A DNA stretch of 63,725 bases, counting the filler, from Basidioascus undulatus (taxonomy: Eukaryota): the NCBI GenBank assembly GCA_000826855.1. It is 8 parts of 8 records of this genome, joined end to end, with 100 filler letters (N's around TTAATTAATTAA, not from the genome) between each part and the next. Parts side by side here need not be neighbours in the genome. Positions count along the whole stretch, not along the records: positions 1 to 23,449 come from JTLS01000266.1; 7 more parts are not named here. One strand, 5' to 3'. This document shows, piece after piece, positions 11,672-23,549 of this stretch. A program made the position numbers and the translations under genes. Position 1 is the stretch's first letter; every line of letters begins with the position of its first letter. The notes beneath the pieces are model-generated. The model made no database searches. It was given only the letters and a program-made list of their open reading frames with translations, and was not told the origin of the DNA.

Positions 11672-13889
11672 ATGAACCGCGGCAGTACGATGAGCCTTTT
11701 GGAGGCGCACGAGGTCCTGAACGTCGAGCAGGTGAGTAACCAGCGCTAAATGAGACAAGACATGCCTATTTCCTCGGCTCTCAGGCCTTGAGGCGGTTTT
11801 CTTATATTTCAATCCCTTTGTTTTGTAGGGCGAATCGCTCGACACTGTCCGATCCGCGTACAAGCGGATGGCGATGACCTCGCACCCGGACCGGAACCCG
11901 GACCTGCCCGACGCGACGCAGCGCTTCCAGCGCGTGAGCGAGGCATACGAGGTCATCACCCGCCACCACGAGCGCGCGAGCCGGCCGCAGATGCCGCACG
12001 GGTACACCGCCGGCGGGCCAGGCATGGGCCACCGCGCCCCGTTCTTCTCCTTCGGCGGCTTCGGCGGCGGCGGGGGGTCGTTCTACTTCACCCCCGGCGG
12101 GCCCGCCGGTTCGAGGGGATACTACGAAGATGAGGACGACTACGACGGGTTCGAGTTTGATGACGACGAGGACGACTTGTATGATGATGAGGAGGACGAG
12201 TACGAGGATGAGGACGACAGGGGCGACTTCTTCTTGTGCGTACACCGCTCTTCTCCTTGGTTCGCGGGTCTCTTTAGCGGTTTGGGACTGACTTGTTTTA
12301 CCGATTTCCTGCCCTTCCCACAGCTTCCTCTTCGAAGAGCTCATGCGCGGCCGCTCTCACAGCACCCACGGCGCGTACAAGAGTGCGTCTTCCTTCTTCC
12401 TTCCCCTCCTTCTGCTCACCCTCTGTGTTCCGCTGCTGACTTCCCTTCTCTCCCCCCTTTTCTCTTGAAGGCTACCGCACCAACCACCCCCATCACCACA
12501 GCGCCCGCGCCTCCGAGTCGTCCCGCCTCAGCACCGAGTGGGCGCGTCAGGCTCGCGCGGAGCAGGAGGCCGCCGAGGCGCGTCGCAAGGCCGAGGCGGA
12601 GGAGATGAAGGAGCGCAAGAGGCAGCAGCAACTGTGGGGTGCGTCTTCGTCTTCTCTCTTCTCTCGCTCTCCCCCTTCGCTCTTTGCTGCTCGGCTTTCA
12701 CAGTCCCCCGCGCTGACCTCACCTCGTCTCTCTTCGCTCTCCGCAGAGGCCGAGCAAGCCGCCGAGCGCCAGTCCAAAACCAAAGCCGCGAAAGCCTCCG
12801 CGGCCGCGGCCGAGCGGGACGCGGCCGAGCGGCGGATCCACGAGCGTCTGCGCGCCCGACAAGTGACGCGGAGCGCGACGTTCGCGGCCGCGCGCGCCGG
12901 AGATGCCGCGGGCGTACGCGACGGCGTGTGGGCGCAGGACGTCGACGTCAATGGCGGGGAGCGCCTACCTGGCTTGGAGGACGCCGAGTGGGAGGAGGTC
13001 AGGCGCGAGGGCGTGAGGAAGGCGCAGGAGCGGGTCGGGAAGGACGGAGGGGGGAAGGCGCCGGCTGTGGGGGTGGCGGCAGGGGTGGCGCCGAACGGGA
13101 ACGCACATAGGAATGGCGCGGCGGGAGGAGGAAAGTGAGTGCTTTCGCTCGGGCTTGGGCGTGGGTGGGGAGTAGCGCTGATGGAGGGTGGGGCCTGGTG
13201 CAGCAGGAAGAAGAAGGGCGGCAAGGCGAAGGGGAACGCGAACTGCCAGGCGAACGGTCATGCCGCGCAGAAGAACGGTGCGCCCGCGGCCGACGGGAAC
13301 GGCAAGGCGCCCGCCGCTGCTGCTACTATCGACCTCGGCGACCCGAAGGACACGTTCCTGCACATCGCCGTGCGGAAGGGCGACCAGGAGCTGATCGAGT
13401 GGCTGCTCGAGCACGGTACGCCTTCCTTCCCTCTCCTCCATTCCCTCCAACCCTCTCTACCTCCCTCCAACCCAGTCCTTCTCATACACTTCTCCCTCCC
13501 TTCCCACAGACGCTAACCCCCTCGCCCGGCACTCCACCACCTCCCAATCCTTCCTCCACCTAGCGCTCGCGCTCCCCTCCACGCCGCCCCCGCTCCTCAC
13601 CGCCCTGCTCGACCGCTTCCCCCCAGACTCGCCCGATCCGGACCTCTCCGGCCCGGCCTACCCGCTCCCCTCCCCCGAGAGCGACACCCTCCTGTCGCTT
13701 GCCGTCAGCGGGGGGTCCGCCGAGAACGTCCGGACGGTATGCGAGTGGGCCACGGACGAGGAGGTCGGGAAGGCGTGGGAGTGGGTCGGGGAGATTTTGG
13801 GGGGCAAGGGGTGGAAGGGGGAGAAGGGGTGGAGGAAGGTCAGGGACGTGTTGGAGGAGGTCGTACCGAGTTTGAGTGGGAGGCGATGA
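11672..13889 (+). CDS. J-domain (DnaJ/Hsp40) protein with acidic tract, coiled coil and C-terminal ankyrin repeats, multi-exon
   Basis: AYKRMAMTSHPDRNP..ATQRFQRVSEAY gives a J domain with HPD. D/E tract at about 12125-12220. Ankyrin-like segments DTFLHIAVRKGDQELIEWLLEH, ANPLARH..QSFLHLAL and DTLLSLAVSGGSAENV. Confidence 0.85.
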
Positions 13890-14254
13890 GCGCGTGGGAG
13901 CAGGGGGAGAAGGGAGAGGAGACGACGCTGCATTTGACTGGGGCGAAGGCCCGCTTATGCTCACTTACTGCATACATCGCTAGCACTCGAGTTCATACAT
14001 ACATACTGCATTTTCACAAATCGGACGGTGGGCCTGCTGAGCTGGCCTGGCGTCGTGCAGCATGCGTTTCCTCGCCCTGTGGCGCGTTCGCTAGGGTCGA
14101 TCATCTCGCCGCTCGCTAGGGCTGGTTTTCTTCATTACATCTCGCCACACTCGTTCTTAGATCATCTCTACTCGAGCTCACTCCGCTCACGGCGAAAAAA
14201 CCCGCATGCCCTTCTCACGAGCGCCGTGCACAACCGCCCTCAGCAGACCTCCTC

Positions 14255-14648
14255 TCAGCTCGCTGCCGGCGACCCCCGCGCGCCTGCACTCAACGGCGAC
14301 CTCCCCTCCGCCGCCGGCGTCCCACCCGCACTCGAGCCCCTCACGCCCGCAGCTCCACCCGGGCTCTTAAGCGCATACAGCGGGTTCCTCGGCTCCACCG
14401 CCGCGCCGACCGATCCAGGCACGACGGCCATCTCCACCGCGTCCGCGCTGCCCACCACGTCGGGCCACAGCTCGTCAGGGAAGGTACACCCACGCAGGGC
14501 GGACGAGGCGTAGGTCGCGGTGAATATGTAGCGGTCCGGAGAGGACGGGGGTGGGGCCGAGGAGGGAGGGAGGGGAGGGAAGGAGGAGAGGATGTGCGGA
14601 AGGGCGTCAGAGAGTGACTGGGAGGAGGGAAGGCAGTAAGTCAGCCAT
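14255..14648 (-). CDS. Small hypothetical protein (probably 2 exons)
   Basis: ATG at 14648, then an open frame with G/C-rich third positions (SPDRYIFTATYASSALRGCTFPDELWPDVV...AAS*). No family recognised. Confidence 0.35.
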
Positions 14649-15439
14649 GGCTCGCACTGAGGAAAGGAGGTGGAGCGGAGCTGTGAATGGGGAATTGGGA
14701 GAGGGTACGGACGAGGGAACAGAGCAGCGACCGCCGGAAGAGGCGCGGCTGCGAGTGGAAGACTATGGGGATGAGCGGGAGTGGGTGCGTGGGCGTGGAG
14801 GACGCCATGTATTCAGCACTTCTATTGTTGTCTAACAACGCGCTGACTGGACATGTGGCGGAAAGAGAAGGAGAAGCCGAAAGGCGATCATACAGACAAG
14901 CTTTCGAGGACGTCAGCTGTTCGGCTGCTCGCTGAGCGACTGTGGGTGGGTTCGTACCATCCGTCTGTCGATATTCCTTAGATTCCAGAGTAGCTCCTAT
15001 AATATTGGTCCAACATAAAGGCTGAACTAGTGAAAGCTGTCAGCACCTTACAGGATTTTCAGTAAAGGTGTTAGTGTCTAGGGTGTTTAGTGCGCCGAGA
15101 CGGCTTCGCCTTTCGCTGCTGAAGTACTGGTTTTTCCGAGCTCAAATTTGCCAAGCGGAGTCGCAAGGTAATTCTATATTTAGGAGAAAGAGGAGAAGTA
15201 GGAGCGAGCCCCATGGAGAGTCATACTGGAGGGGTGGCTGTCCAGACTGGGCCGTTCCGGTCCATTTCTCCTCATCCTCCGTGATGACAGGCCCCTCCAG
15301 TCCCTCTCCTACACAGAAAAGTAGCATGTGTTCTTCCGCTCCTCCCACTCAGCTCGGTCCCCCTCGTCCTGCTCCTCCCCAGCGGGCTCCCATGTCTCCC
15401 TCGGGACACGTGCTCCCGGTCGCCGACATGCACCCCACC

Positions 15440-16900
15440 CTAGCACCAACACCAGCTGGGATTATAGCCAAAATTGTGAGGTTCACCTGAGCACAGCACA
15501 AGTTCAGCTGAACAGTCTGTAAATTCACCTGAGGATACAGCTTCTCAGTTGAAAAATGTAAGTTTTGGATGAACATGTCACTGGAAGAATGACTGTCACA
15601 GAAAAAGACCATCTTTCCCTGGACTGTCTGATCCAAGCATGTCTGCACTGTCTACTTAAAGACTGTCACTGGAAGGACTGACATTGAGATGTTGGTCGCT
15701 GATATGACAGTCACTGAGAGGACTGTGCCATAACAGACTGTCTCTCCCAGGACTGTCTTCTGCAGGACTGTCTTTTTCCCAGGACTGTCTTGATCCAAGA
15801 CTTTTGCTTAAAGACTTGTCATTGAGAAGATTGGGACTGAGAGAACAGTCATTGAGGACTGCCACATGATAGACTATCTCTCCCAGACTGTCACATCAGG
15901 GACTGTCACTGAAAGACTGCCACTTTGGGGACTGTCCCTCCTATGACTGTCTCCTCAAGGACACTGGCTGAAAGGACAGACAGTCTCACGACTGTCAGTG
16001 CAAAGACTATCTTTGCACTAAAATTTTCTAGCTGACTGTCTGATCCAAGGCATCTGCCTAAGAACTGTCACTGGAAAGACTGTCTTGCTGAAAACTGTGC
16101 CAAGAAGGGTTGACATTACTGAATTGAAGTTCACTTAGACAGAAACTCCAGACATGATATCTGGTGAAATATATGCATGCCTGGAGAAAACACATGTCTG
16201 AAGAAATAGACATGTGTCAGAAATTCCAGACAGGGTGTCTGGCCAGATAGACATGTATCTGGGAAACATAGACCTATGTCTGGAAAGACAGACATGGGTT
16301 TGAAATTTCAGACAGGGTGTTGCCTGGTCAAATAGACATGTGCCTGAAAAAGATAGACATGTGTCTGAAAAAAGTAGACTTGGGTCTGAAGAAACAAACA
16401 TATGTCTGGGAAAATGGACATGGGGCTGGAATGACAGACAAGGTGTGTCTGGCTGGATAGACATGTGTGTCTGCCAGTACAGACATGTCTGTGTGGCTGG
16501 AGAGATGTGTGTCTATAAAGATAGACAAATGTCTGCCAGGATAGCATGTGTGTCTGACTGGATAGATGTGCGTCTGCTGGGACAGACATGTGTCAGGGTG
16601 GAACCCAATGGGCTTGCCAAACAGGGAAGGTGCATCCAGAAGGGGACCCACAGTTGCACACAAGCAGCCCTGCAGTTGCATTAGAGGTCAATTGTTGGAG
16701 TTCCTGTAGCTTGCTTGATGCAGTATGTTCTGCTGAACTCCTCAGACCTCCAGCTGAGGTACCCCTTCTTCAAGCAGGAACAGGCTCAGAGCAGCACAAA
16801 TCAGGTTCAGTAATACTTCAGTTTCAGCTGAATGTTCAGCTGGATGCATCAATGTTCAGGGGAAGGAATAAACAAGACATGGAGCGCTTTAAGTGCTCAC
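15440..16900. repeat. CpG-depleted island with two degenerate short-motif arrays (GACTGTC-type, then AGACATG/GTGTCTG-type); probable transposon remnant or satellite
   Basis: Dozens of GACTGTC/GACTRTC copies at about 15590-16100 and AGACAT/CAGACA/GTGTCT copies at about 16135-16600. Only a handful of CG dinucleotides in about 1.45 kb. Confidence 0.75.
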
Positions 16901-17504
16901 TCGCTGCCTAAACTGAGAACTGAAAACTGAGAATCGAAGAACTAAGGGACGTAACCCACCCACAGATGCCTATCTCAGCAGAGTACTGGACTAAAACTCC
17001 CTTTTTGCAATGCAAAGATTGAAAGACAGGCCTGCAGTTCAGCCTACCTTCTCCTCTCCTCTCCGAGCCCAAGCCCTGCCTGCCTTTACACCCTAGGTTC
17101 TGGGAGAGCTGCAAAGGCCTTTCATTAAGACAAGAAACAGCTTGACCAACTAGAAGTAAGGAGCAACCTTGCTGTGTTCAAGTGCTGCAGTGCCGTACAC
17201 CGCTTCCAGCCGCAGCGTGTTTCTTGCATGCAAGAGGCAGGTGTCTGCGTAGATTTTGAACATATGCACTGTGCAGCCCCAGTCCCCACTTGCTCTCTTT
17301 CTTATTCCCTTCCCCGATGTCTCCCAGCTTAAAGCCCTGCACAGGACGCTGCGACATCGCACATCCATTCCCGTTACGGTCTGCGGTCACGAGACCGTCT
17401 TCCTCAAACATCCCGTCCGCGCCGTCGTCATCTTCCTTATCCTCCTTATTTTCCTTTCCCACTCAGTGACCCTCTCTTTTCCAAAACATAACACCTTTCC
17501 AACA

Positions 17505-17954
17505 ATGCATCCCACCCGCCGCTTCCTCCACACCTCCCGCCCCTCCTTCAAGGTCTTCCCCGGCGCGCCAAACGGGACTGCGCAGAAGGTGCGCGTTGCA
17601 TTGCGGTTGGCGTGGGATGCGAGCTGAGGTGGTGGGCGGGTAGAGGAACCGGACCGGTGAGTATCGAGACCTTGTATTTATGAGAGAGGTTTGGAATGTA
17701 CTGAGGGGGGATGGAGAGGGGTAGATGAGCAGTTCTATGAGCGCTTGAACAAAGAGCGGGAGGAGAAGGAGCGTGCGAAGCTGGCGGGGAAGGAGGGCGG
17801 AGGTACGCCTGCGCTTGTCCCCTTCCATCGACGGGAGAGAAACTTACTGAAAAGGCGAGGGGCACTCAGAGAAGGGGTCGGAGAAGGGGAGCAAGGGAGG
17901 AGGGGAGGGTGCCGTGATGGGGTCGTGAGCTGGAAGGTGGACGCTATGGGCTAG
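17505..17954 (+). CDS. Small hypothetical protein, probably mitochondrial (multi-exon; 3' end uncertain)
   Basis: MHPTRRFLHTSRPSFKVFPGAPNGTAQK is presequence-like. GT..AG introns give RNRT then DEQFYERLNKEREEKERAKLAGKEGG. Confidence 0.5.
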
Positions 17955-18728
17955 CTGGGCGGGTACGGTAGGCTGAGATCGCTGGACACTGTTGATTACC
18001 GAGCATTTCGAACATTCATTTCTCTGAAGCATCATATCTGCTTGGCACGGCAGCTGCGTTCTTAACACCACCAGCAGGCGTTGCATTGATCGCATCGCTT
18101 CGCTTCGCATCGCATTACCCCGGCTGCGCCTGGCCCTGCTCTCTGGGCCATTTCTCACCTTTCACCCACCCGCCGCTTCATTTAGGGTTTCTACTGCGCA
18201 AAGCTATACTATTATCCTATTGACCAACTTACCGGCTAGGCACTCAATCGACGAAGCGTCCGGTCTTGCTTGTACTGCGCCTTCTTCGCTGAAGCCTGCT
18301 GCGTCCCCATTTCATTGGAGAATACATTATGGTTCGGAACAATTCTGTGCCAGAAATACAGAGTCTATGCTGCTCGAGCACGTAGGTATTAGTTGGTGGG
18401 CACTTTGCCAGCGGAGCATCGGCCGCGTTGCCACCTTGCGCCGCACGACTGTGATCCCTCAAAAGAAGAATATTCTGTATACTTCCTTGTTACGGATTGA
18501 CGAAAGGGAGGTTCAATTCAATCGCATGTGCGCATTCTCAGTCCCGGCGCGGTGCAGCAAGGTGCAGAGTCCAAGCAGTCAAGCTGCTGTCCTCCAAGTC
18601 TCCTTCCTGTATTGCGACGCACTCAACCAACGTTGCGCGATGCACTCAACCACGCAGCCAGAGAACGTCGAGGACAGACGGCACGCTTGCGAGTACGGCA
18701 AAAAATGCATAACCGCCCCGCCGGCCTC

Positions 18729-19916
18729 TCACGCCTCAGGCAGGTTGCTCATAACAGCCCTCTCGTCCTTGATGCCCTCCGTCAAGCGCGCCCTCTCCGC
18801 CCACAGCACCTTGTACGCGCTCCGAATCGTCGAGTCGCTCACGCCTGCAACGCTCCCAATCTCCACGGCGGTCTTCGGCTTCCCATACAGCGCGCTCGCA
18901 AAGAAGATACAGCTGCCCGCGATGGTGATTGGGCTGCGGCCCGCTAGGACGCCGTGCGTGCGCGCGGCGACTGCGACTGCGACGGCGCCTGTCTGGACCC
19001 ACACGGGAAGGTTGAGGTGGTTGCAGTAGCGGACCATGAGGTCCTCTGCAGTCGTGCCGCTGCTCGCCTCGTCGGGCGCGCGGGGCGTCTCGAACGCTGC
19101 CTCGAGCGCCTTGAAGCACTGCCCGATCGTCTTCTTCGGCACGCGGGTGAGGCCGCAGATCTCCTTGAACGTGCGCGGGACGCGCGCCTGGCGGCACGCG
19201 ATGAAGAGGCAGGCGGCGATGATCGCGTCCTGGGACTTGCCGCGCAGGAGGCGCTCCTCGTCGACGCGCTTGAAGAGCTGCTTCGCGATGTCGACGATCG
19301 AGCGTGGGAGAGAGATCTGGTCCGCCATGCTGCTTATGTCCCGGAATGCGTTCAGAAGATTCCGCTCAGACTTTCCGGACGCGGACTTCGCCGCCGCCCG
19401 CTGCAGCTCGCGCGAGAGGCCGGAGTGCCCGTCCCGAGAGGAGATGATCGTGTCCAGCGTGTCGAAGCCCTCCATGAGCGGGTTCGACGCTGCTCCGACA
19501 CGCGATGGGTCGTCGCCTTCGTCGTTGGCGAATGTCTGCGCACCCGAGCCAGCCGTGAGTCCCACCTACATCGGAGACATCGGAAGAAGGGGAAGAACGC
19601 ACGCGCCACTCGCTCCGCGTGTCCACCACGCGATCCCCGAGGATGAGCCCGCAGTCCCCACAGACCAGATCGCCCGACGAGAACTCCTCCACGACGTTCG
19701 GATGCGGATCGCGGCACTCTGGGCAGATCTGTCCGCCACGACACCCACCATCCGCCCCACCCGCGTCAGCGTCTTCCGCCCGCCCCGGAAGCCCATTGCA
19801 AGCGGCGGTAGGCTGACCAGCTTCACCGACAGGTCCGGCGCGAACGGCGCGGGCGCGGGCGCGGGGCCCGCCTCGGTGAAGCGCTTGGCGAGGGGGAAGG
19901 CTTGGGGAGTCGCCAT
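18729..19916 (-). CDS. SUA7: Transcription initiation factor TFIIB (3 exons)
   Basis: Zn ribbon ICPECRD..VVEEFSSGDLVCGDCGL, B-reader DTRSEWRTFAND..DDPSRVG, and cyclin repeats (IAACLFIACRQ..VPRTFKEI; LAGRSPITIA; VAGVSDSTIRSAYK). Confidence 0.97.
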
Positions 19917-22900
19917 TGTGCGTTGGGCGGGGCGGCGGGAATGCGAGGCAAGGACGAAGACGCTGGCTGGCTGGAAGATGGACGAAGCGAGATGTATGGA
20001 CGGGTACGAGCGAAGGACAGCGAGTGGAAGACGACAGGATTGATACGATCGAAAGCAATGGACGATCGTCAGCGAGCGTTCTCTGCTTCAAAGAGATGTG
20101 CTCGCCACTAAGATCCACAAGCCCGACTCGACTCCCAACACGCCCAGACTCCTCCGACCGGTACAGGAAGATCAGGGATGTACCTGATCGGCTCGATTGG
20201 GGGACGACGGAAACAACGGCTGGGGCGCTACGAAGGATTGAAGGGAGTGGGGCGATAAGGACGAGCGGAAGACGATGATAGTTGGCGTGGAAGCGTACCG
20301 GGGGCGACGACCTGCTCTTTGGGCCGACTTGAGCGGTAATCGGCGAGCTGCACCTGCTTGTCTGCGTTGCCAAACAAGCTCCCTCTACTTCGTCCGTTAC
20401 AGCAGTTTGTTGCAAAAGGTTAGGTCTCTGTTCCTTGCCCCGCGGGATGCAGTCACCTCGTCCGGCTTTCTGGTCATCCAAGTCAGTCAGGCCCAAGATG
20501 CCGTTGTTCAGCTAAAAACCAAGCAGCAACAAGAATAAGGCATGCGACGGGACTTTTTGCTATATACGTAAAGACAACACTTGGGGGCGGGTTGTGAACT
20601 CCATCGCCTGGGCGTCTCGCACTGGAACGAATGCTCGCCACAAGAAAACAGTCAAACTGAGCATCACATGTCTGCTGCAGGTATGTATGCTGTAAGAGTG
20701 ATTAGCCAATCTTCGAAAACAAGATAGACTTTGTCTAAATGTCCAACATGTCGCTCAACGTGCCAGGCATTCCGCTGAACTGAGGCATATCACAACCTCC
20801 AACAAGGAGGCTGCAGGTTCACCTTGAATGGATATTAGCCAAGTTGTCCAGATACACATCTGAAGAAGAAGAGAAAGGGTAGTTGGGTGCAAGCAAGGCT
20901 TTTTTGGGTGTGAGACCAAATCCTCCGATCCGATGAGTTTGGAAGCTTCAGTCTGCGGTGGCGTATTGGTGCAACGGTTCGGTACTCATTTATTCACTCA
21001 CCTCTCGATCCTTCCAGCGCTTATGGCTGTCGCAGGCTTAAAGGTCCGTCTTTCGATCACCTGAGCGCAGGGAGGCACGTCATCGAAGGCAAGCCCATCG
21101 TGGCGGCGTCCCGTCCCCTTCAGCCAGGAACATGTCCTTCCAACACATTTGGATTTGGACCTCCTCCCTGAGGGGTCGAAGCTTCACCGCGGCACCCAGC
21201 CTAGGGGCCAGCCAACGCGACTTCAGTGTCGTCGGCACGAGATCTCGCCCAGAGGCCGCCGGCCACAGAACTTCTGACCTAATTAATCAAACAGAGTTCT
21301 GAGATCCGACATCCGTGCTGATCGCATTGTGCTCGGAAGCGACTTTCTGCGCTGCGAGTTTTACTGGACTCGCCGCACGTTCGCCTGCTTCGTCGCCCCT
21401 CCGCTTGGCCGCCCTCGCCAGAGTTCCATTGCGCAGTCCCGGACGTGTGCTCGCCCCCTTTTCGAGATACATCGCTTGTGGCGTACCTGCATAATACACC
21501 GATGAGAAGGCTTGTCGAGCGTCAAGCGGTTCCGTGGAGCCGAACTGCGGGGCTGTTTGGACTTCTCTACATGCACGGGTTCATGACAGCGTTAAGCACT
21601 GACCGTAGAAGTTCAGGCAGCTCGAAAAGTTCCCCTACAGGGCAGTGCGGTTTAATGATCCAACCACGCGAACAGGCTCCTGGCGTCGCTACAGATACGA
21701 GTTGCGTCCAGCAATTTGCGCGTGAAGATCGTGCAAGATGTCTACCAACGGCTGCACCCCGGCCACCCTTTTGCTCTTACACACGATCAAGTCGCCGCGT
21801 CCTTCGATATCATTGAATCATTCTATGCCGATGTCGGCGGCCTCTGCGAAGTCTGCGGCGCTGCTTGTTGATCGATGTGCCGGGCATGCTTCGGTGCTGC
21901 GTATTGCCGGCAGGCGCATCAGAAGGAGGATTGGCCAAGGCACAAAACTGTTGTCTTTTGCACCCGAGCATTATGCTTACTCTAGCTCGTTTGGTCCTTC
22001 CATCTGCAATGGTGCAAGGCCCACCGGGTGTGAGGGGCCGGCATGGGCGCCGGGCGGGCTGCTATGTGTTGAGGGGGTAGCTAGCGATCGGGGCATGCGG
22101 CAATACTAAAGATTCCATTGCAGTATTTTTAATATGATAGTGACGCTCTAGAGGTTCGACCGCACTAGAAATCATAGGTTCAGAGCGTCTTGAGTAACGT
22201 AGCGGGACCTGAATGGCCCACACACCCGTCTGCTTCCTTGATGTCAAGCTTGATGGTTTACTGCAGTGATTGCGCAAGGCTTCCACCGTACGTTTTTCTG
22301 CTCTGTATGTGAGCGGAGTGGGTCTCCGCCTCTTTCTGTTCCCAAGATCGCCTCGTAGTACCTTGCGCAGTCACCTCGCGTCAACGCGCGTGGCCGCTAT
22401 TGACATTCCTTTGCCCTTATCATCCTACCGATTTCACTTCTGTCTCAGTTGTACTTGAAAGTTGTGAATATCAATTCGCAATCTCCATTCAGATGCGGGA
22501 TTGACGCTTCGCGGCTTCGCCAATAATCTTCCTTCGCTCGCCTGCCTTTCATGAAACTACGTCAACATCCCCCCAGTGCCAGCTAAAGTTAGTCCCAGCT
22601 GTCCTTTCGAAGGTTTATATAACTATGTAAGAAGCAAACCGACATGTCTCCTAGGCCTGTAGGCAAATGCCCGTTCTAGTACCAGCCTGGCCATCTGCCC
22701 CAGCAACTTCCGCTTGCTTCTGTGTCAGTCGGGGCAAGCCTCGACCAAAGGCCTCCAGTCTTCCGAAAACGTCAGACGTACGAAGGAGACAGGAAACCAG
22801 CGTCTGTGCCGTTGTGTCCAGATTGACTTTGTGCACTGCGAGTTGATCATCAGCACTGACTCGCTCGCAAGTTCGCCGCTGCATCACCAGGCCCATTACG

Positions 22901-23381
22901 TAGTGTCCGGCGTGTGCTCGGTCCATTTTCGAGGATATTTAGTTGAGGTTTGCCACCAAACGTATCCCAAGCAGAACGCTACAGCAGGTTTATAGGGCGG
23001 ACAAAGACTACGAGGCTTGAAGAAGGCGGATGCGCACCAGAAAGCAGTTGCGTCGCTTGCCCCGACCCACCCTGCCTTCGTCTCCCGTCACAACTTTTTG
23101 ACCGGCATCATGACGTCGTGGAACTTTCCTGCGAGTTCAACTTGCTAAAGTGCCATCGGAATCAAACGGAAGCGGCGTGTGCAGTGGACCAAATCGGGTG
23201 GCGATTATGCATGCACCGAACCCGATCATGATGCTCCTGACGACTCTTCAGACAGCGGCGCAAGACCACACCGACGCACACGCAGAGCTTAGTGGAAGAT
23301 GACCTGGCTCAGCCCTCATGCGACAGCTATAGTCGTACAAGGATTGCATGGAACCCATAGCGAGAATCGCACAACAGCCTC

Positions 23382-23449
23382 TCAAACCTCCTTCCCCTCT
23401 CTGCGGGCCTTGGCGCGCTCCTCCTGCGCACGCTTGAGCGCACGCAAGT
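23382..23449 (-). CDS. Probable 3' end of a gene cut by the contig end
   Basis: Open frame LRALKRAQEERAKARREGKEV* with genome-typical codon usage, starting at the contig edge. Confidence 0.35.
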
Positions 23450-23549
23450 NNNNNNNNNNNNNNNNNNNNNNNNNNNNNNNNNNNNNNNNNNNNTTAATTA
23501 ATTAANNNNNNNNNNNNNNNNNNNNNNNNNNNNNNNNNNNNNNNNNNNN
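23450..23549. other. Artificial contig spacer (N44-TTAATTAATTAA-N44); same spacer at 26250-26349, 29049-29148, 31838-31937, 34627-34726, 37415-37514 and 60939-61038
   Basis: Identical 100-nt N runs with a central linker giving stop codons in all six frames. Confidence 0.98.

Noticed and set aside
15590..16600. Repeat array as a possible CRISPR
   Set aside because: Units are 6-8 nt, degenerate and irregularly spaced, there are no cas genes, and the context is eukaryotic.
23494..23505. Recurrent TTAATTAATTAA palindrome at regular ~2.8 kb spacing, and ORFs ending in XXXLIN
   Set aside because: Artificial linker inside N spacers; not biological.
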